From: Phormidesmis sp.
GTDB lineage: Bacteria > Cyanobacteriota > Cyanobacteriia > Phormidesmidales > Phormidesmidaceae
Length of the DNA: 64,000 nt
Direction of reading: 5' to 3'
Assembly: GCA_049791095.1 (NCBI GenBank)
Contig: JBAQZP010000023.1
Location: 6,796-70,795 of the forward strand
This document shows positions 46,524 through 58,889 of the stretch, one piece after another; position 1 is the stretch's first letter; the number at the start of each line of letters is the position of its first letter. The position numbers and the translations under genes were made by a program. A model generated the notes under the pieces. That model was not told the DNA's origin and made no database searches. It was given only the letters and a program-made list of their open reading frames with translations.

Positions 46524-47444
46524 TTAGCGCTGCTGAGGTAGGTCTTGAGACTTTGGTGTTGCTGGCGTTGTTCTTAAATCCTGCCAGTTTACATAGGGCA
46601 GACCTTCGGGATTAATATCTAGTTCTTCTCGGCGCAGATTTTCTTCAGCTCTCACCACGTCCCGGACGACTTCTTTTCGGACGGTAACGTTTTGTTGAGG
46701 CACGACTGTACGACAGACTTCTGCCTGGTCTTCATAGATGCCCATGCGGACGATGCCGTTGTCGTCAACTTCTGCATCGCCAAAGTTGACGCGGGTTTCG
46801 CCCCCGTAAATAGATTCAATTTCAATAATGACCTTTTCTCGGGTAATAGGAACAGCGGCTTCCGTTCGTTCGGTAACGGTGCGTTTAGAAATTTTAACTT
46901 CGCCTGTTTTCACGCGCTGTTTGCGAGTCGTAAGCCGCTCTTCAAAAAGCTGTATCGATTGCTCACGCTCGCGTTCAGGCACAGCGGTGACTGCTTGAGG
47001 AACATCTGCTTGAGGAACATCTGCGCTGACTGCGGCAGGTCTATCTATCCATACAGCACCTTCTAAGATCGCTGATTGTTCTACCGAGGCCGATTGCTCT
47101 ACCGCGACCGTCTGGTGTATTTGCTGGGCAACAGCACCTTCGCCTACGTGGGTAGTGTCGTAAGTAGGGAGCGCTTTGATTTCGTCTCGGTTGAGCGATC
47201 GCACATAAATCAAATCTCGCTCTGGCGAGTCTGCACAGCGGCTAGCCGGAACCAACACCCTTCTTCCACTTTTTCGCTTCAAAACGATAAATTGCAGCCT
47301 GTTTTCCTCATCGATTAGCACATCGTCTACCGTGCCAACGTTATGGCTTTCCGCACTGTATACCGGCTTGCCCTTAATGTCCTTTCCATCGAAGTAAACG
47401 TCAGGATAATTAGGATAGCGATCGCTGATTCTGTGCAGAGCCAT
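46524..47444 (-). CDS. PRC-barrel + YsnF/AvaK (DUF2382) domain protein
   Basis: N-terminus MALHRISDRYPNYPDVYFDGKDIKGKPVYS..NVGTVDDVLID (PRC barrel). C-terminus IQLFEERLTTRKQRVKTGEVKISKRTVTE...VPITREKVIIE plus a second half-repeat. Internal short duplications at 46994-47023 and 47074-47109. Confidence 0.8.
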   Translation of the reverse strand: MALHRISDRYPNYPDVYFDGKDIKGKPVYSAESHNVGTVDDVLIDEENRLQFIVLKRKSGRRVLVPASRCADSPERDLIYVRSLNRDEIKALPTYDTTHVGEGAVAQQIHQTVAVEQSASVEQSAILEGAVWIDRPAAVSADVPQADVPQAVTAVPEREREQSIQLFEERLTTRKQRVKTGEVKISKRTVTERTEAAVPITREKVIIEIESIYGGETRVNFGDAEVDDNGIVRMGIYEDQAEVCRTVVPQQNVTVRKEVVRDVVRAEENLRREELDINPEGLPYVNWQDLRTTPATPKSQDLPQQR

Positions 47445-47717
47445 GGCAACTTCTCAAGAGACTGTACCTAACATACTGATCCTGCTTGTTCTCTTTTCTT
47501 ATGTGCCGAGAGAGAGATTTTAGGTGCGATCGCGCCAGCATTTGCAAAAGTTCTTCCTTTCTACATGGGTTCAGTCATTCCTTCGATAGGTTCACATAGC
47601 AAGTTTGCTTCCGTATATTTGGTAGGTAAGCAAAATATCGCCTCAGCCAATAGCATCATCGAGCGCTAGGTTCGTTGATACAGACGCAAAGCATTTGAAA
47701 CTAAAAGGAGTTTACAC

Positions 47718-48362
47718 ATGACATACGCAGATAGAACTAATAGGACTGACGTGGGCGTTCGCACAGTACCAGAAGTAACCACTACGCCGATTGCTGAGTA
47801 CCATGACACCGTTCGTTGGGGCCCTATCCTGGCAGGCATCGTAGTATCAATCGTCTCTCAGCTAATGTTGAGCGCACTAGGCGCTTCCGTTGGCGGATTC
47901 GTAGCGGGCGAAGCAGCACCGAGAGCCATCGGCACAGGGTTAGGTATTTGGGCTGTTATTAGCCTTTTGCTCTCTCTGTTTTTAGGTGCCATGACGATGG
48001 CTGCCTCTTGTGGCCCCATGAACAAGAAAACAGCCATGCTGAACGCCACTATCATGTGGGCAACGACGCTGGTTATCAGTGGTTGGTTGCTCGCTAGCGG
48101 TGTATCCGGTACGTTTGGCCTTGCTGCCGCAAACGCGGGCGATGCCTTGACCGCAGCACAGCAGGCAGGCGGCGTCTCCCTACCTACCCCAGACCAAGTG
48201 CAAGAAGCTATTCCTGATGTTTCTCCCCAAGAGGCAGCTAACTACGCAGCAGGGGCTGCTAAAGCAGGTCTTTCTTTCTTAATTGGCTCACTGTTGGCCC
48301 TAGCGGCTGCATTGATAGGCGCTACAGTAGGTGCCAAGAGCCCGAGGTCTGTTGTTCGCTAG
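47718..48362 (+). CDS. Gly/Ala-rich integral membrane protein
   Basis: AAAAGGAG lies 7 nt upstream of the ATG. 214 aa with about 4 TM helices (WGPILAGIVVSIVSQLMLSALG...). No family name assigned. Confidence 0.6.
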   Translation: MTYADRTNRTDVGVRTVPEVTTTPIAEYHDTVRWGPILAGIVVSIVSQLMLSALGASVGGFVAGEAAPRAIGTGLGIWAVISLLLSLFLGAMTMAASCGPMNKKTAMLNATIMWATTLVISGWLLASGVSGTFGLAAANAGDALTAAQQAGGVSLPTPDQVQEAIPDVSPQEAANYAAGAAKAGLSFLIGSLLALAAALIGATVGAKSPRSVVR

Positions 48363-48395
48363 TCTACTGTCCATTAAGCGATAAAGATTTAAATG

Positions 48396-48436
48396 AAGAG
48401 AGGTGCTGCTGTTGTAGTAGTACCTCTCTTTTTATG
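48396..48436 (+). terminator. intrinsic terminator
   Basis: Long stem (48396-48410 pairing with 48416-48430, core AAGAGAGGT/ACCTCTCTT) followed by TTTTTAT. Confidence 0.7.
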
Positions 48437-48702
48437 TTTGTCTAACCTGTCTGTCTAACTGCCTATGTCAAAAGGCTATCAACAATTTGAAATACGTCTT
48501 TTTATCTGTGCGCTGCCTGATGGCATTCTGTTCTGTCCATCTGAATAGCAAAAAGACAGCCAATATCTGCCTGTCGCTCAATGATTCATTTACAAAATTC
48601 TTTTAAAGTATTGGTATACGGCGTTCGTGAGCTAAATCAAAAGTTGGATTGAGTTTACGAGTCGGCGAAAAAATTAAAGTAAGTAATGGAGCCCTCAGAC
48701 AT

Positions 48703-49608
48703 ATGGCACTTGTTAGCCTAAAAGACACCTATCCTGACTATCGCAACACGTTTAGTGACGATAGTCTCAGCCACCTCGACGACTACAGCGTGTATGCAGG
48801 CACCGACGACAAAGTCGGCAGCATAGAAGATGGACTGTTCGACGACGGCACAGGCCAATTTCGCTACTTAATTGTAGACACTGGCGTCTGGATCTTCGGT
48901 AAAAAAGTATTGCTGCCTATCGGTAAAGCTCGCTTTGACAATTCTGAGCGTCGCGTATACGTAGACGGTTTGACCAAAGAGCAAGTAGAAAACCTACCTG
49001 AGTACGACGGCAGCCAAACCGTTGACTACGACTATGAAGAGAACGTACGTGGCGTATATCGCGAGAATAGCGCTGGACAAAGCGCACCTGTAGAAGGGAC
49101 AGCCGTGGGTGCTGGTACCATGGGAACTACGGCGATGGGAACAAAAGCAGCATCAACCTACAATCGCGACACCTACGACTATGACTACGACCCTGCACTC
49201 TATCGGCGAGATGCAGATACCCACAACGACCAAACCATTCGTTTGTACGAAGAGCGTTTGATTGCAGACAAGCAGCGCGTGCGGGCTGGTGAAGTCGCCG
49301 TTGGCAAGCATGTTACTTCTGAAACAGCCAACGTGGCTGTTCCGGTAGAGAAAGAGCGCGTGGTTATCGAGCGTTCGACCCCAACTGACGCAACCGCAAC
49401 GACAAGAGACCACGCCTTCAACGATGGCGAGGTGGCTCGCGTAGAAGTGTACGAAGAGAGAGCCAACGTTGGTAAAGAAGCGTTTGTGCGTGAAGAGGTT
49501 AATGTACGCAAAGAAACCGAGCAGGAAGTCGTTAATCAAAGCGCAACGGTTCGCCGTGAAGAGCTAGATGTTGACACAACTGACGATGCTAGGGTTATAG
49601 ATCGATAG
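48703..49608 (+). CDS. PRC-barrel + YsnF/AvaK (DUF2382) domain protein (paralog of 46524-47444)
   Basis: Start moved to ATG 48703 (MALVSLKDTYPDYRNTF), parallel to the paralog's MALHRISDRYPNYPDVY. IRLYEERLIADKQRVRAGEVAVGKHVTSE...VPVEKERVVIE plus a second half-repeat. Confidence 0.8.
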   Translation: MALVSLKDTYPDYRNTFSDDSLSHLDDYSVYAGTDDKVGSIEDGLFDDGTGQFRYLIVDTGVWIFGKKVLLPIGKARFDNSERRVYVDGLTKEQVENLPEYDGSQTVDYDYEENVRGVYRENSAGQSAPVEGTAVGAGTMGTTAMGTKAASTYNRDTYDYDYDPALYRRDADTHNDQTIRLYEERLIADKQRVRAGEVAVGKHVTSETANVAVPVEKERVVIERSTPTDATATTRDHAFNDGEVARVEVYEERANVGKEAFVREEVNVRKETEQEVVNQSATVRREELDVDTTDDARVIDR

Positions 49609-49634
49609 CCTTTGGCGTTAGCTTTAAATCTGGA

Positions 49635-49664
49635 AGCGGCCTCTTTAGGGGGGTCGCTTTTTAT
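49635..49664 (+). terminator. intrinsic terminator
   Basis: 9-bp stem (49635-49643 / 49650-49658; 2 G-U pairs) followed by TTTTTATT. Confidence 0.55.
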
Positions 49665-49776
49665 TGGCTACTTCGGCGATATTTCTGAAATAATTTTCAG
49701 CAATTTTTAGCCCAGCGTTTTTGCGATTTCCCGCCTCGTGGCACAATTAAGTCAGCCAGAGGACGAAAGGCCAAAG

Positions 49777-50328
49777 ATGAAGAGGTTAAAGATGCTGAAG
49801 CGATTTGCTGCACTGTTGATAGTTGTACTTGCCCTGGGACTGCAAAGTTGCTCTAGTGGGACTAGTTTACAGTCGTATAACGATAGTTATGAAGGCTACG
49901 AGTTCAAATATCCAACGGGGTGGGTTGCCGCTGAGGTTCCTGGCGGGCCAGACACAGTTTTTCATGACATTATTAACACCAGCGAAAACGTCAGCGTAGT
50001 CATTAGCCCAGTATCGGGTGGTAAAACGCTGCCCGATATTGGCACGCCAACGGAAGTAGGCTACAAGCTATCTAAAAGTATTACTTCACAAAGCACAGAC
50101 GATCACAATGTAGAGCTGGTGAATGCACAGTCGTTTGAAGCGGGTGATAAGCTGTACTACATCTTGGAGTATGTCGCTAATTTGCCCTCAGGGACTCGGC
50201 ATGACTTGGCAAGTGTGATTGTGCGGCGCGGGCAGCTATACACCTTTAATGCCTCCATTCCTGAAGCGCGGTGGCAAAAGCTAAAGAATACGATGAAACA
50301 AGCGGTGGCTTCTTTTTCGGTTTATTAA
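49777..50328 (+). CDS. psbP: photosystem II PsbP-family lipoprotein (CyanoP)
   Basis: Lipobox LQSCSS. YEGYEFKYPTGWV...NVSVVISPV...LPDIGTP.EVG and the C-terminal LYTFNAS are typical of CyanoP. ATG 49777 is preferred over the tracked GTG 49738. Confidence 0.8.
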   Translation: MKRLKMLKRFAALLIVVLALGLQSCSSGTSLQSYNDSYEGYEFKYPTGWVAAEVPGGPDTVFHDIINTSENVSVVISPVSGGKTLPDIGTPTEVGYKLSKSITSQSTDDHNVELVNAQSFEAGDKLYYILEYVANLPSGTRHDLASVIVRRGQLYTFNASIPEARWQKLKNTMKQAVASFSVY

Positions 50329-50395
50329 TGGTTTATTAATTGGGTCTGGCAAGGCTTAACTCTATTGACATTCTTGATGGCAAAATACTAGTTTT

Positions 50396-50989
50396 ATGGC
50401 TGATACTCAATTTGTGCTGGCCTCGGCTTCGGTTGCCCGGCGAAAGCTGTTAATAGATGCAGGTATACAACCCTTTGTCTGTCCGAGCAGCTTTGATGAA
50501 GATCAGGTGGTAATCCATGACCCTGAGCAGCTCGTGCAGGTGCTAGCACAAGGAAAGGCTGAGATGGTTGCACCGCAGTTTCCAAATGCGCTGGTGCTGG
50601 GCTGCGATTCTATGCTGGTGGTGGACGGGGTGGTATATGGAAAGCCTGACAGTAAGGCGGAAGCGATTGACCGCTGGCGGCAAATGCGAGGCGGCTCGGG
50701 TGAATTACGGACGGGCTACGCGCTGATTGCGCCGGGGCGAGAGGCACTGGTGAGGCAGCGGATGACGCGAGTGTTTTTTGCTAATATTTCGGACGAGGAA
50801 ATAGTTGCCTATATCAACACGGGTGAGCCGATGCACTGCGCGGGTGCATTCGCGACCGATGGCAAAGGCAGCATGTTTGTTGAAAGAATTGAGGGTTGCC
50901 ATACGAACGTGGTGGGCCTGAGCATTCCCCTGCTGCGGCAGATGATGGCTGAGTTGGGCTACCGGGCAATTGACTTTTGGGGGCGGTGA
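50396..50989 (+). CDS. maf: Maf-like nucleoside triphosphate pyrophosphatase
   Basis: FVLASASVARRKLL, GCDSMLVVDG.VYGKP, and GAFATDGKGSMFVERIEGCHTNVVGL. Confidence 0.88.
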   Translation: MADTQFVLASASVARRKLLIDAGIQPFVCPSSFDEDQVVIHDPEQLVQVLAQGKAEMVAPQFPNALVLGCDSMLVVDGVVYGKPDSKAEAIDRWRQMRGGSGELRTGYALIAPGREALVRQRMTRVFFANISDEEIVAYINTGEPMHCAGAFATDGKGSMFVERIEGCHTNVVGLSIPLLRQMMAELGYRAIDFWGR

Positions 50990-50992
50990 TTT

Positions 50993-52129
50993 TTAGCTGC
51001 TTACGACCTGGTTTCGTCCGCTTGCTTTGGCCTCGAACAGATTTTGGTCTGCCCGGTGCAAAAAGCTGCGGCCTTGCTCGTCGTCGTCGTCTTTCAGTTC
51101 GCTTAGGCCAATGCTGATAGTGATATTGAGCGGGCGATCGCCGCCATGTTGCGCCATATCAAACGGTTCACTGGCAATCGACTGACGCAGTCGCTCTGCG
51201 ATCGCCTGCCCCTCCGCTAAATCAGTATTACTTAGCGTGACGACAAACTCTTCACCCCCATAGCGAAAGGGCGCGTCGTAAAAGCGCATATTGGCTAACA
51301 ATCGCTTGGCCAATAGCCTGAGCACATCATCGCCAATCAGGTGCCCGTAGCGATCGTTTACTGACTTAAAGCAATCAATATCGACTACCATCAGCGATAG
51401 CGGTACCCCCTTAGTTCGCGCGACTTTGATTTGCCTGGGCAGTTCTAAATCGAAGGCACGACGATTGCTGAGCTGTGTCAGCGCATCAACCAGGGCAATG
51501 GCCGATAGCCAGTCATTAATGCGAGAGAGATCTCGGTAGCTCTGAGCGCGGGTCAGCCCGATGTGAATATGGGCTTGAATTAACCGGCATTGGCTGGGTC
51601 GAATGCGAATGGGCGGCAGCGCTTCAGGAATTTTCTCCGTTAGCGCTGCCGCCGCCAAGATCGGCGCAGTCTTTGCAGGCAGCAGCCAAACATAGGCATC
51701 AGCCCCAGATTCTAGCGCGACGACCTTTTTTTCTATATACAGCTCCGCTATATTCTCTACGGTTGGTAGAGGCTGCTTAGAGTCCGCCAATTGGGTTTGA
51801 GCGATTTGAGCGTCGGTGTGATAGTCCGCTTTTTTTCCGGTATCACTACTGTTTAGCTGGTTTGGCGGGTCGCTGGTGAAGTAGTTACGAACTTCTTCTA
51901 TTACGATAAAGTAAGTGCTGCCTTGTATCTCTCCAAAGGTTTTGAGCACTGAGCTGTCAGTGAGGTAAGCGGCCTGCGTAATGACGACATCCGGCAGAGA
52001 CATTTCCATCACTGCGATCGCCTCGGATACCGTCACCACAGCAGTCAGTGTCAGCACCTCAAGACTTCTAACCTGTGTGATAACGCTGGTTGTGAACTGG
52101 CTATCTCCGATGAGTAAAACACTATCCAT
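50993..52129 (-). CDS. diguanylate cyclase (GGDEF) with degenerate receiver-like N-terminal domain
   Basis: The C-terminal GGDEF domain has an RYGGEEF active site and an RFYD (RxxD) I-site 5 residues upstream. The N-terminal REC-like fold has Gln at the acceptor position (PDVVITQ). Confidence 0.85.
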   Translation of the reverse strand: MDSVLLIGDSQFTTSVITQVRSLEVLTLTAVVTVSEAIAVMEMSLPDVVITQAAYLTDSSVLKTFGEIQGSTYFIVIEEVRNYFTSDPPNQLNSSDTGKKADYHTDAQIAQTQLADSKQPLPTVENIAELYIEKKVVALESGADAYVWLLPAKTAPILAAAALTEKIPEALPPIRIRPSQCRLIQAHIHIGLTRAQSYRDLSRINDWLSAIALVDALTQLSNRRAFDLELPRQIKVARTKGVPLSLMVVDIDCFKSVNDRYGHLIGDDVLRLLAKRLLANMRFYDAPFRYGGEEFVVTLSNTDLAEGQAIAERLRQSIASEPFDMAQHGGDRPLNITISIGLSELKDDDDEQGRSFLHRADQNLFEAKASGRNQVVSS

Positions 52130-52241
52130 GGAAAAAAATTACTCAGAAAAATAGCTGAGCACTTGGGCTATATGTTTTTTGAAGGCATAAACGCTATAAA
52201 ATCAACGACCGATGACAGCCACAGCAGCGCTTAGGTTTTAG

Positions 52242-52277
52242 CTATCTATCTATTTACTTAACTTACTTACTTACTTA
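52242..52277. repeat. tetranucleotide microsatellite (CTAT)3 ... (ACTT)4
   Basis: CTAT x3 at 52242-52253. ACTTA at 52256-52260, then ACTT x4 at 52261-52276. Located about 115-150 nt upstream of the GGDEF gene start. Confidence 0.9.
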
Positions 52278-52862
52278 AAGAACTATGTCAATAGGGCCCC
52301 ACTGAATATCAGTTGGCATATTTTTGTAAAAAAATATACAAGGCTTAGGTTGGTTATTTGGATTTTTAGTCTGAACGAACTCAAGGCAAGTATTTGCGTG
52401 AAGAAACTGGCAGGTGGTAGCCCTCAGATTCGGATGTTTCACCGCTGTGGGTCGATACCCACGCAGATTTGCCCATAAAAACGCTATCAAAATCTTTGGC
52501 TGATCTAATACGTCTTTTGTCTAGAGTATCGCTTCGTTCTTTTAGGGTTGTTTGCCAGTTTTTACAGACCCTTATCAGGGTTTCATCGAATACATTAATG
52601 CAAAATCGGATAGGTTCTCAGTGATTACGTCTATATTCTGCATAGGAATCATGCCGGAAATCGCAATTAAGTATTCATTGGTCTCTATTTGTTTGATGAT
52701 CATCTTTGATTAATTTGTACTTCCTAATAATTGATCGCGGATTTATCCAGTGATCCCCGTAGTTTTAGCCAGTAGTTCCGAGTAGGCGACACAAAACATT
52801 CGAGAGTGTGGCACCATTGATCAAATCTGGAGAGCCTGATCGTCCTCATTGCCGTTAGTTCT

Positions 52863-55589
52863 ATGTCTGCTAAAAAGAAAACTCAACCCCAGCTATCTCA
52901 ATCTACGGAACCTGGCTCGACGCCTGCTGACCCTATAGCATCTGACCTGACAGCTCGTGACACAACGGCTGGCCTTGTCGCGTTGAGTGGGGCTGAAATT
53001 CGTCAGAAGTTCTTGGCATTTTATGCAGCCAGAGGGCATGAAATTTTAGCCAGCGCGTCGCTGATACCCGAAGACCCAACGGTGCTGCTGACGATTGCGG
53101 GGATGCTGCCATTTAAGCCGATATTTTTGGGGCAGCGTACGATTGAGTTTGATCGGGCGACGACGGCGCAAAAATGCATTCGCACCAATGACATCGAAAA
53201 TGTAGGTCGCACGGCGCGTCACCATACGTTTTTTGAGATGCTCGGTAATTTTAGCTTTGGCGATTATTTTAAGCGAGAGGCGATCGCCTGGGCCTGGGAA
53301 CTTTCTACGACCGTATTCAACCTGCCACCCGAGCGCATTGTCCCCAGCGTCTTTCGCGATGACGACGAAGCCTTTGCAATTTGGCGTGACGACATTGGCA
53401 TTGCCGAAAACCGAATCATTCGCATGGGCGAAGCCGACAATTTTTGGAAATCGGGCGCAACCGGCCCCTGCGGCCCCTGCTCAGAGCTGTACTACGACTT
53501 TCATCCCGAGCGCGGTGACGACGCTATTGATCTAGAAGACGATAGTCGCTTCATTGAATACTACAATCTCGTATTTATGCAGTACAACCGCGATGTAGCA
53601 GGCGAACTGACACCGCTACAGGCGCAGAACATTGATACGGGTTTGGGGCTAGAGCGCATGGCCCAAATTTTGCAGGGTGTGCCCAACAACTATGAGACCG
53701 ACCTGATTTTTCCGATCATCCAGACCGCTGCCGAGGTAGCGGGCGTAGACTATTACAAAGCCGACGATGCACAGAAGGTGTCACTCAAAGTGATTGGCGA
53801 TCATGTGCGATCGGTCATGCACATGGTGGCAGATGGCATTAGTGCTTCTAATACGGGGCGGGGCTATGTGCTGCGGCGGTTGATTCGCCGGGTAGTGCGC
53901 CACGGACGGCTGCTAGGGATTGAAAAGCCGTTTACGACTGATGTGGCTGAAACTTCTATTCAGCTATCGGAGCAGGCTTATCCGGTGGTGCGCGCTCGGG
54001 AAACGGCGATTAAAAATGAGCTGCATAGAGAAGAGATTCAGTTTCTTAAAACCCTTGATCGCGGTGAGACGCTGCTGGCTGAGATTCTAAGTCAAAAGCC
54101 TCAGCAGGTGTCGGGCGAAGAGGCGTTTAAGCTGTATGACACCTATGGTTTTCCGTTGGAGCTGACTCAGGAGATTGCCGAAGAAAGCGGGGTCGCGGTG
54201 GACGAAGCCGGTTTTCAGCAGGAAATGGAGCGGCAGCGATCGCGCGGTAAGGCGGCGCATGAAACCATTGACCTGACGGTACAGGGCAGCTTGGATACGC
54301 TGGCCGAGAAAATTGAGGCGACTGAGTTTGTCGGGTATGAAAAGCTGGATACCCAAAGTACGGTAGAGGCGATTTTGATCGATGGCGCGTCGGTAACGCA
54401 GGCCGATACGGGCAGTGAAGTACAGATTGTGCTGAATCAGACGCCTTTTTATGGGGAGTCGGGCGGGCAGATAGGCGATCGCGGCTATCTCTCGGGCGAA
54501 AATCTGGTGATTCGAATCGAAGATGTGAAAAAAGAAGGGGCCTTTTTTGTTCATTTTGGCAAGCTACGGGGCACGCTGCGCACCGGGGATCAAGTCAGCG
54601 CCAAAATTGACCGGGCCTGCCGTCGCCGGGCGCAGGCAAATCACACGGCGACTCATTTACTTCAAGCCGCGCTGAAGTCTTTAGTCGATGAGTCAATCTC
54701 TCAAGCCGGTTCCTTAGTCGATTTTGATCGCTTGCGCTTTGACTTCCACGCGCCGCAGGCATTGACGGCTGAGCAATTGCAGCAGGTAGAAAAGCAGGTA
54801 AACACCTGGATCGCCGAGGCGCATGACGCCGATGTGCAGACGATGCCAATGGCTGAGGCCAAAGCAAAAGGCGCGGTGGCGATGTTCGGTGAAAAGTACG
54901 GCGATGACGTGCGGGTAATTGACTATCCTGGCGTTTCGATGGAGCTGTGCGGCGGTACGCATGTGGGCAATACGGCTGAAATTGGGGTGTTTAAGATTAT
55001 TTCTGAAACGGGGGTAGCGGCGGGAATTCGGCGGATTGAGGCGGTGGCTGGCCCAGCGGTGTTAGATTATTTGGAGGTGCGCGATCGCATTGTGCGAGAT
55101 TTGTGCGATCGCTTCAAAACCAAACCCGAAGACATCACCGAGCGCGTCACTAGCCTACAAAGCGAACTCAAAACCGCTCAAAAGGAACTCGCCGTCATCA
55201 AATCCGAACTGGCCCTGGCCAAATCCGATCAGCTCTTGGGCAATGCCGAGACCTTTGGAGACATTCCCGTGCTCGTCGCCAACCTGGACAACGTCGAACC
55301 CGATGCGCTCAAGGCCGCCGCCGAGCGACTCCTGCAAAAGCTGGGCGACGGTGCTGTCGTCCTCGGATCGACGCCAGAACCCGGAAAAGTCAGCCTGGTT
55401 GCCGCCTTTAGCCCGCCGGTCATTAGCAAAGGCTTACAAGCCGGTAAATTCATCGGTGGCATTGCCAAACTGTGCGGCGGCGGCGGCGGTGGCCGACCAA
55501 ACTTTGCCCAAGCCGGGGGCCGCGATGCCTCCAAGCTTCCTGAGGCATTAGCGGCAGCCAGAGCACAGATAAAAGAGAAACTGGTTTAA
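52863..55589 (+). CDS. alaS: alanine--tRNA ligase
   Basis: [56 protein letters not shown], and the editing-domain HTATHLL and CGGTHV motifs. The tracked ATG gives an N-terminal extension of about 40 aa. An in-frame TTG at 52983 would give the usual N-terminus. Confidence 0.93.
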   Translation: MSAKKKTQPQLSQSTEPGSTPADPIASDLTARDTTAGLVALSGAEIRQKFLAFYAARGHEILASASLIPEDPTVLLTIAGMLPFKPIFLGQRTIEFDRATTAQKCIRTNDIENVGRTARHHTFFEMLGNFSFGDYFKREAIAWAWELSTTVFNLPPERIVPSVFRDDDEAFAIWRDDIGIAENRIIRMGEADNFWKSGATGPCGPCSELYYDFHPERGDDAIDLEDDSRFIEYYNLVFMQYNRDVAGELTPLQAQNIDTGLGLERMAQILQGVPNNYETDLIFPIIQTAAEVAGVDYYKADDAQKVSLKVIGDHVRSVMHMVADGISASNTGRGYVLRRLIRRVVRHGRLLGIEKPFTTDVAETSIQLSEQAYPVVRARETAIKNELHREEIQFLKTLDRGETLLAEILSQKPQQVSGEEAFKLYDTYGFPLELTQEIAEESGVAVDEAGFQQEMERQRSRGKAAHETIDLTVQGSLDTLAEKIEATEFVGYEKLDTQSTVEAILIDGASVTQADTGSEVQIVLNQTPFYGESGGQIGDRGYLSGENLVIRIEDVKKEGAFFVHFGKLRGTLRTGDQVSAKIDRACRRRAQANHTATHLLQAALKSLVDESISQAGSLVDFDRLRFDFHAPQALTAEQLQQVEKQVNTWIAEAHDADVQTMPMAEAKAKGAVAMFGEKYGDDVRVIDYPGVSMELCGGTHVGNTAEIGVFKIISETGVAAGIRRIEAVAGPAVLDYLEVRDRIVRDLCDRFKTKPEDITERVTSLQSELKTAQKELAVIKSELALAKSDQLLGNAETFGDIPVLVANLDNVEPDALKAAAERLLQKLGDGAVVLGSTPEPGKVSLVAAFSPPVISKGLQAGKFIGGIAKLCGGGGGGRPNFAQAGGRDASKLPEALAAARAQIKEKLV

Positions 55590-55673
55590 GTATTTTTAGT
55601 CAGAAGAAAGCAAAGAATGAAAGTAATGGACTGTATGATCACTGTGTCGTTTAAGCAGTGAAACAATCGAAGT

Positions 55674-55880
55674 TTGCCAAAGAAAATACGAGAGCTTAAG
55701 GCTATGCTTAGAAAGGCTGGCTTTTCTGAGCAATCCGGTAAGGGCAGCCATACAAAGTGGCTTCATCCGCTTTACTCAGGTAGAGTCACCTTGTCTGGAA
55801 AGGATGGGAAGGATGCCAAGCCATACCAAGAAAAGGAAGTCGAAAAGGCCCTTAGAAAAGTCGCACAGGGAGAGTGGTAA
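55674..55880 (+). CDS. hicA: HicA-family mRNA interferase toxin
   Basis: 68 aa with LRKAGFSEQSGKGSHTKW (YcfA/HicA signature). TTG start. Confidence 0.8.
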   Translation: MPKKIRELKAMLRKAGFSEQSGKGSHTKWLHPLYSGRVTLSGKDGKDAKPYQEKEVEKALRKVAQGEW

Positions 55881-56089
55881 CAGTGAATACGCTTCGATAT
55901 CAGATGGTGATTGCTTGGTCAGACGAAGATGACTGCTATCTAGTACATCTTCCTGATTTTCCTGAACAAACCTATCGCACTCACGGTGACAGCTACGAAG
56001 AAGCTGCTCGCAATGGTGAAGAGGTTTTGCAGCTTCTGCTTGAAGAAGAGGGCTCGCTACTTCCTAAACCCGGCTCTATTGCTGCTTAG
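55874..56089 (+). CDS. hicB: HicB-family antitoxin (UPF0150-like)
   Basis: YQMVIAWSDEDDCYLVHLPDFPEQTYRTHGDSYEEAARNGEEVLQLLLE matches the HicB N-domain. It overlaps the hicA stop by 7 nt. Confidence 0.75.
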   Translation: MVTVNTLRYQMVIAWSDEDDCYLVHLPDFPEQTYRTHGDSYEEAARNGEEVLQLLLEEEGSLLPKPGSIAA

Positions 56090-56537
56090 AGCAACAGATT
56101 TAGCTGCTGATTTTATTGACTTTCGCAGATGTAATGCGTGTATGAAAAAGAGCCTTTGCTGCCCCGGCTATTGGGTGGCAATAAGCAGCCTTCGCTTTCT
56201 AACAGCGGGCTCATATTCAACAACCATAGGTCAAAAGGGCGAGAGACAGCCTTTAAGCTCTCTATCAGCGGAGCTGTCGGATCGCTATTAGTGTGCGTGT
56301 TTCTTTCGGCAATTACAAAGCGCGTCTCACTGACCCATTTTCTGACTGCCCTGCCGAAAAGGTGCTGAGGAACTGGAGGCATTATTCAAAGTTGCTTAAG
56401 CAAAGGCAGCGGTGGAGGCGATCGCTTTGATGACAATTCGGCCCTATTTAGCTACCCAGATTTGACGCTTTTGGTTTGTTAGCAAGCATTACAGAATCAG
56501 CGAGCGGCGTATATTATTGTAAAAATCGCTTTGCTAG

Positions 56538-58781
<2,244 letters not shown>

Positions 58782-58889
58782 AGCAGTGCCATTAAACTCA
58801 GGACATCGCATCGTCACTGAACGCCCCCGTCCCCAATTCTGGGGCTTTGAATGTACTGCGAGATTCTACAAATAATGGGGACAACCTAC

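Noticed and set aside
52275-52490. The 71-aa ORF as a stand-alone gene.
   Set aside because: Its composition is odd, it has no start context, and it lies in line with two other broken frames. It is better treated as part of a possible decayed gene (see the finding at 52130-52862).
52490-52862. A T-box or other leader riboswitch upstream of alaS (and upstream of glyS at 43357-43473).
   Set aside because: I could not find a specifier/T-box consensus or a terminator/antiterminator pair. T-box control is not a known feature of cyanobacterial aaRS genes.
56477-56493. Possible NtcA site (GTT-N-TAC) upstream of icd, where NtcA control is known for cyanobacterial icd.
   Set aside because: The spacing is GTN9TAC rather than the canonical GTA-N8-TAC, and the first half-site is GTT. 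A similar near-miss at 30730-30745 (GTA-N10-TAC), upstream of the fasciclin gene, was rejected for the same reason.
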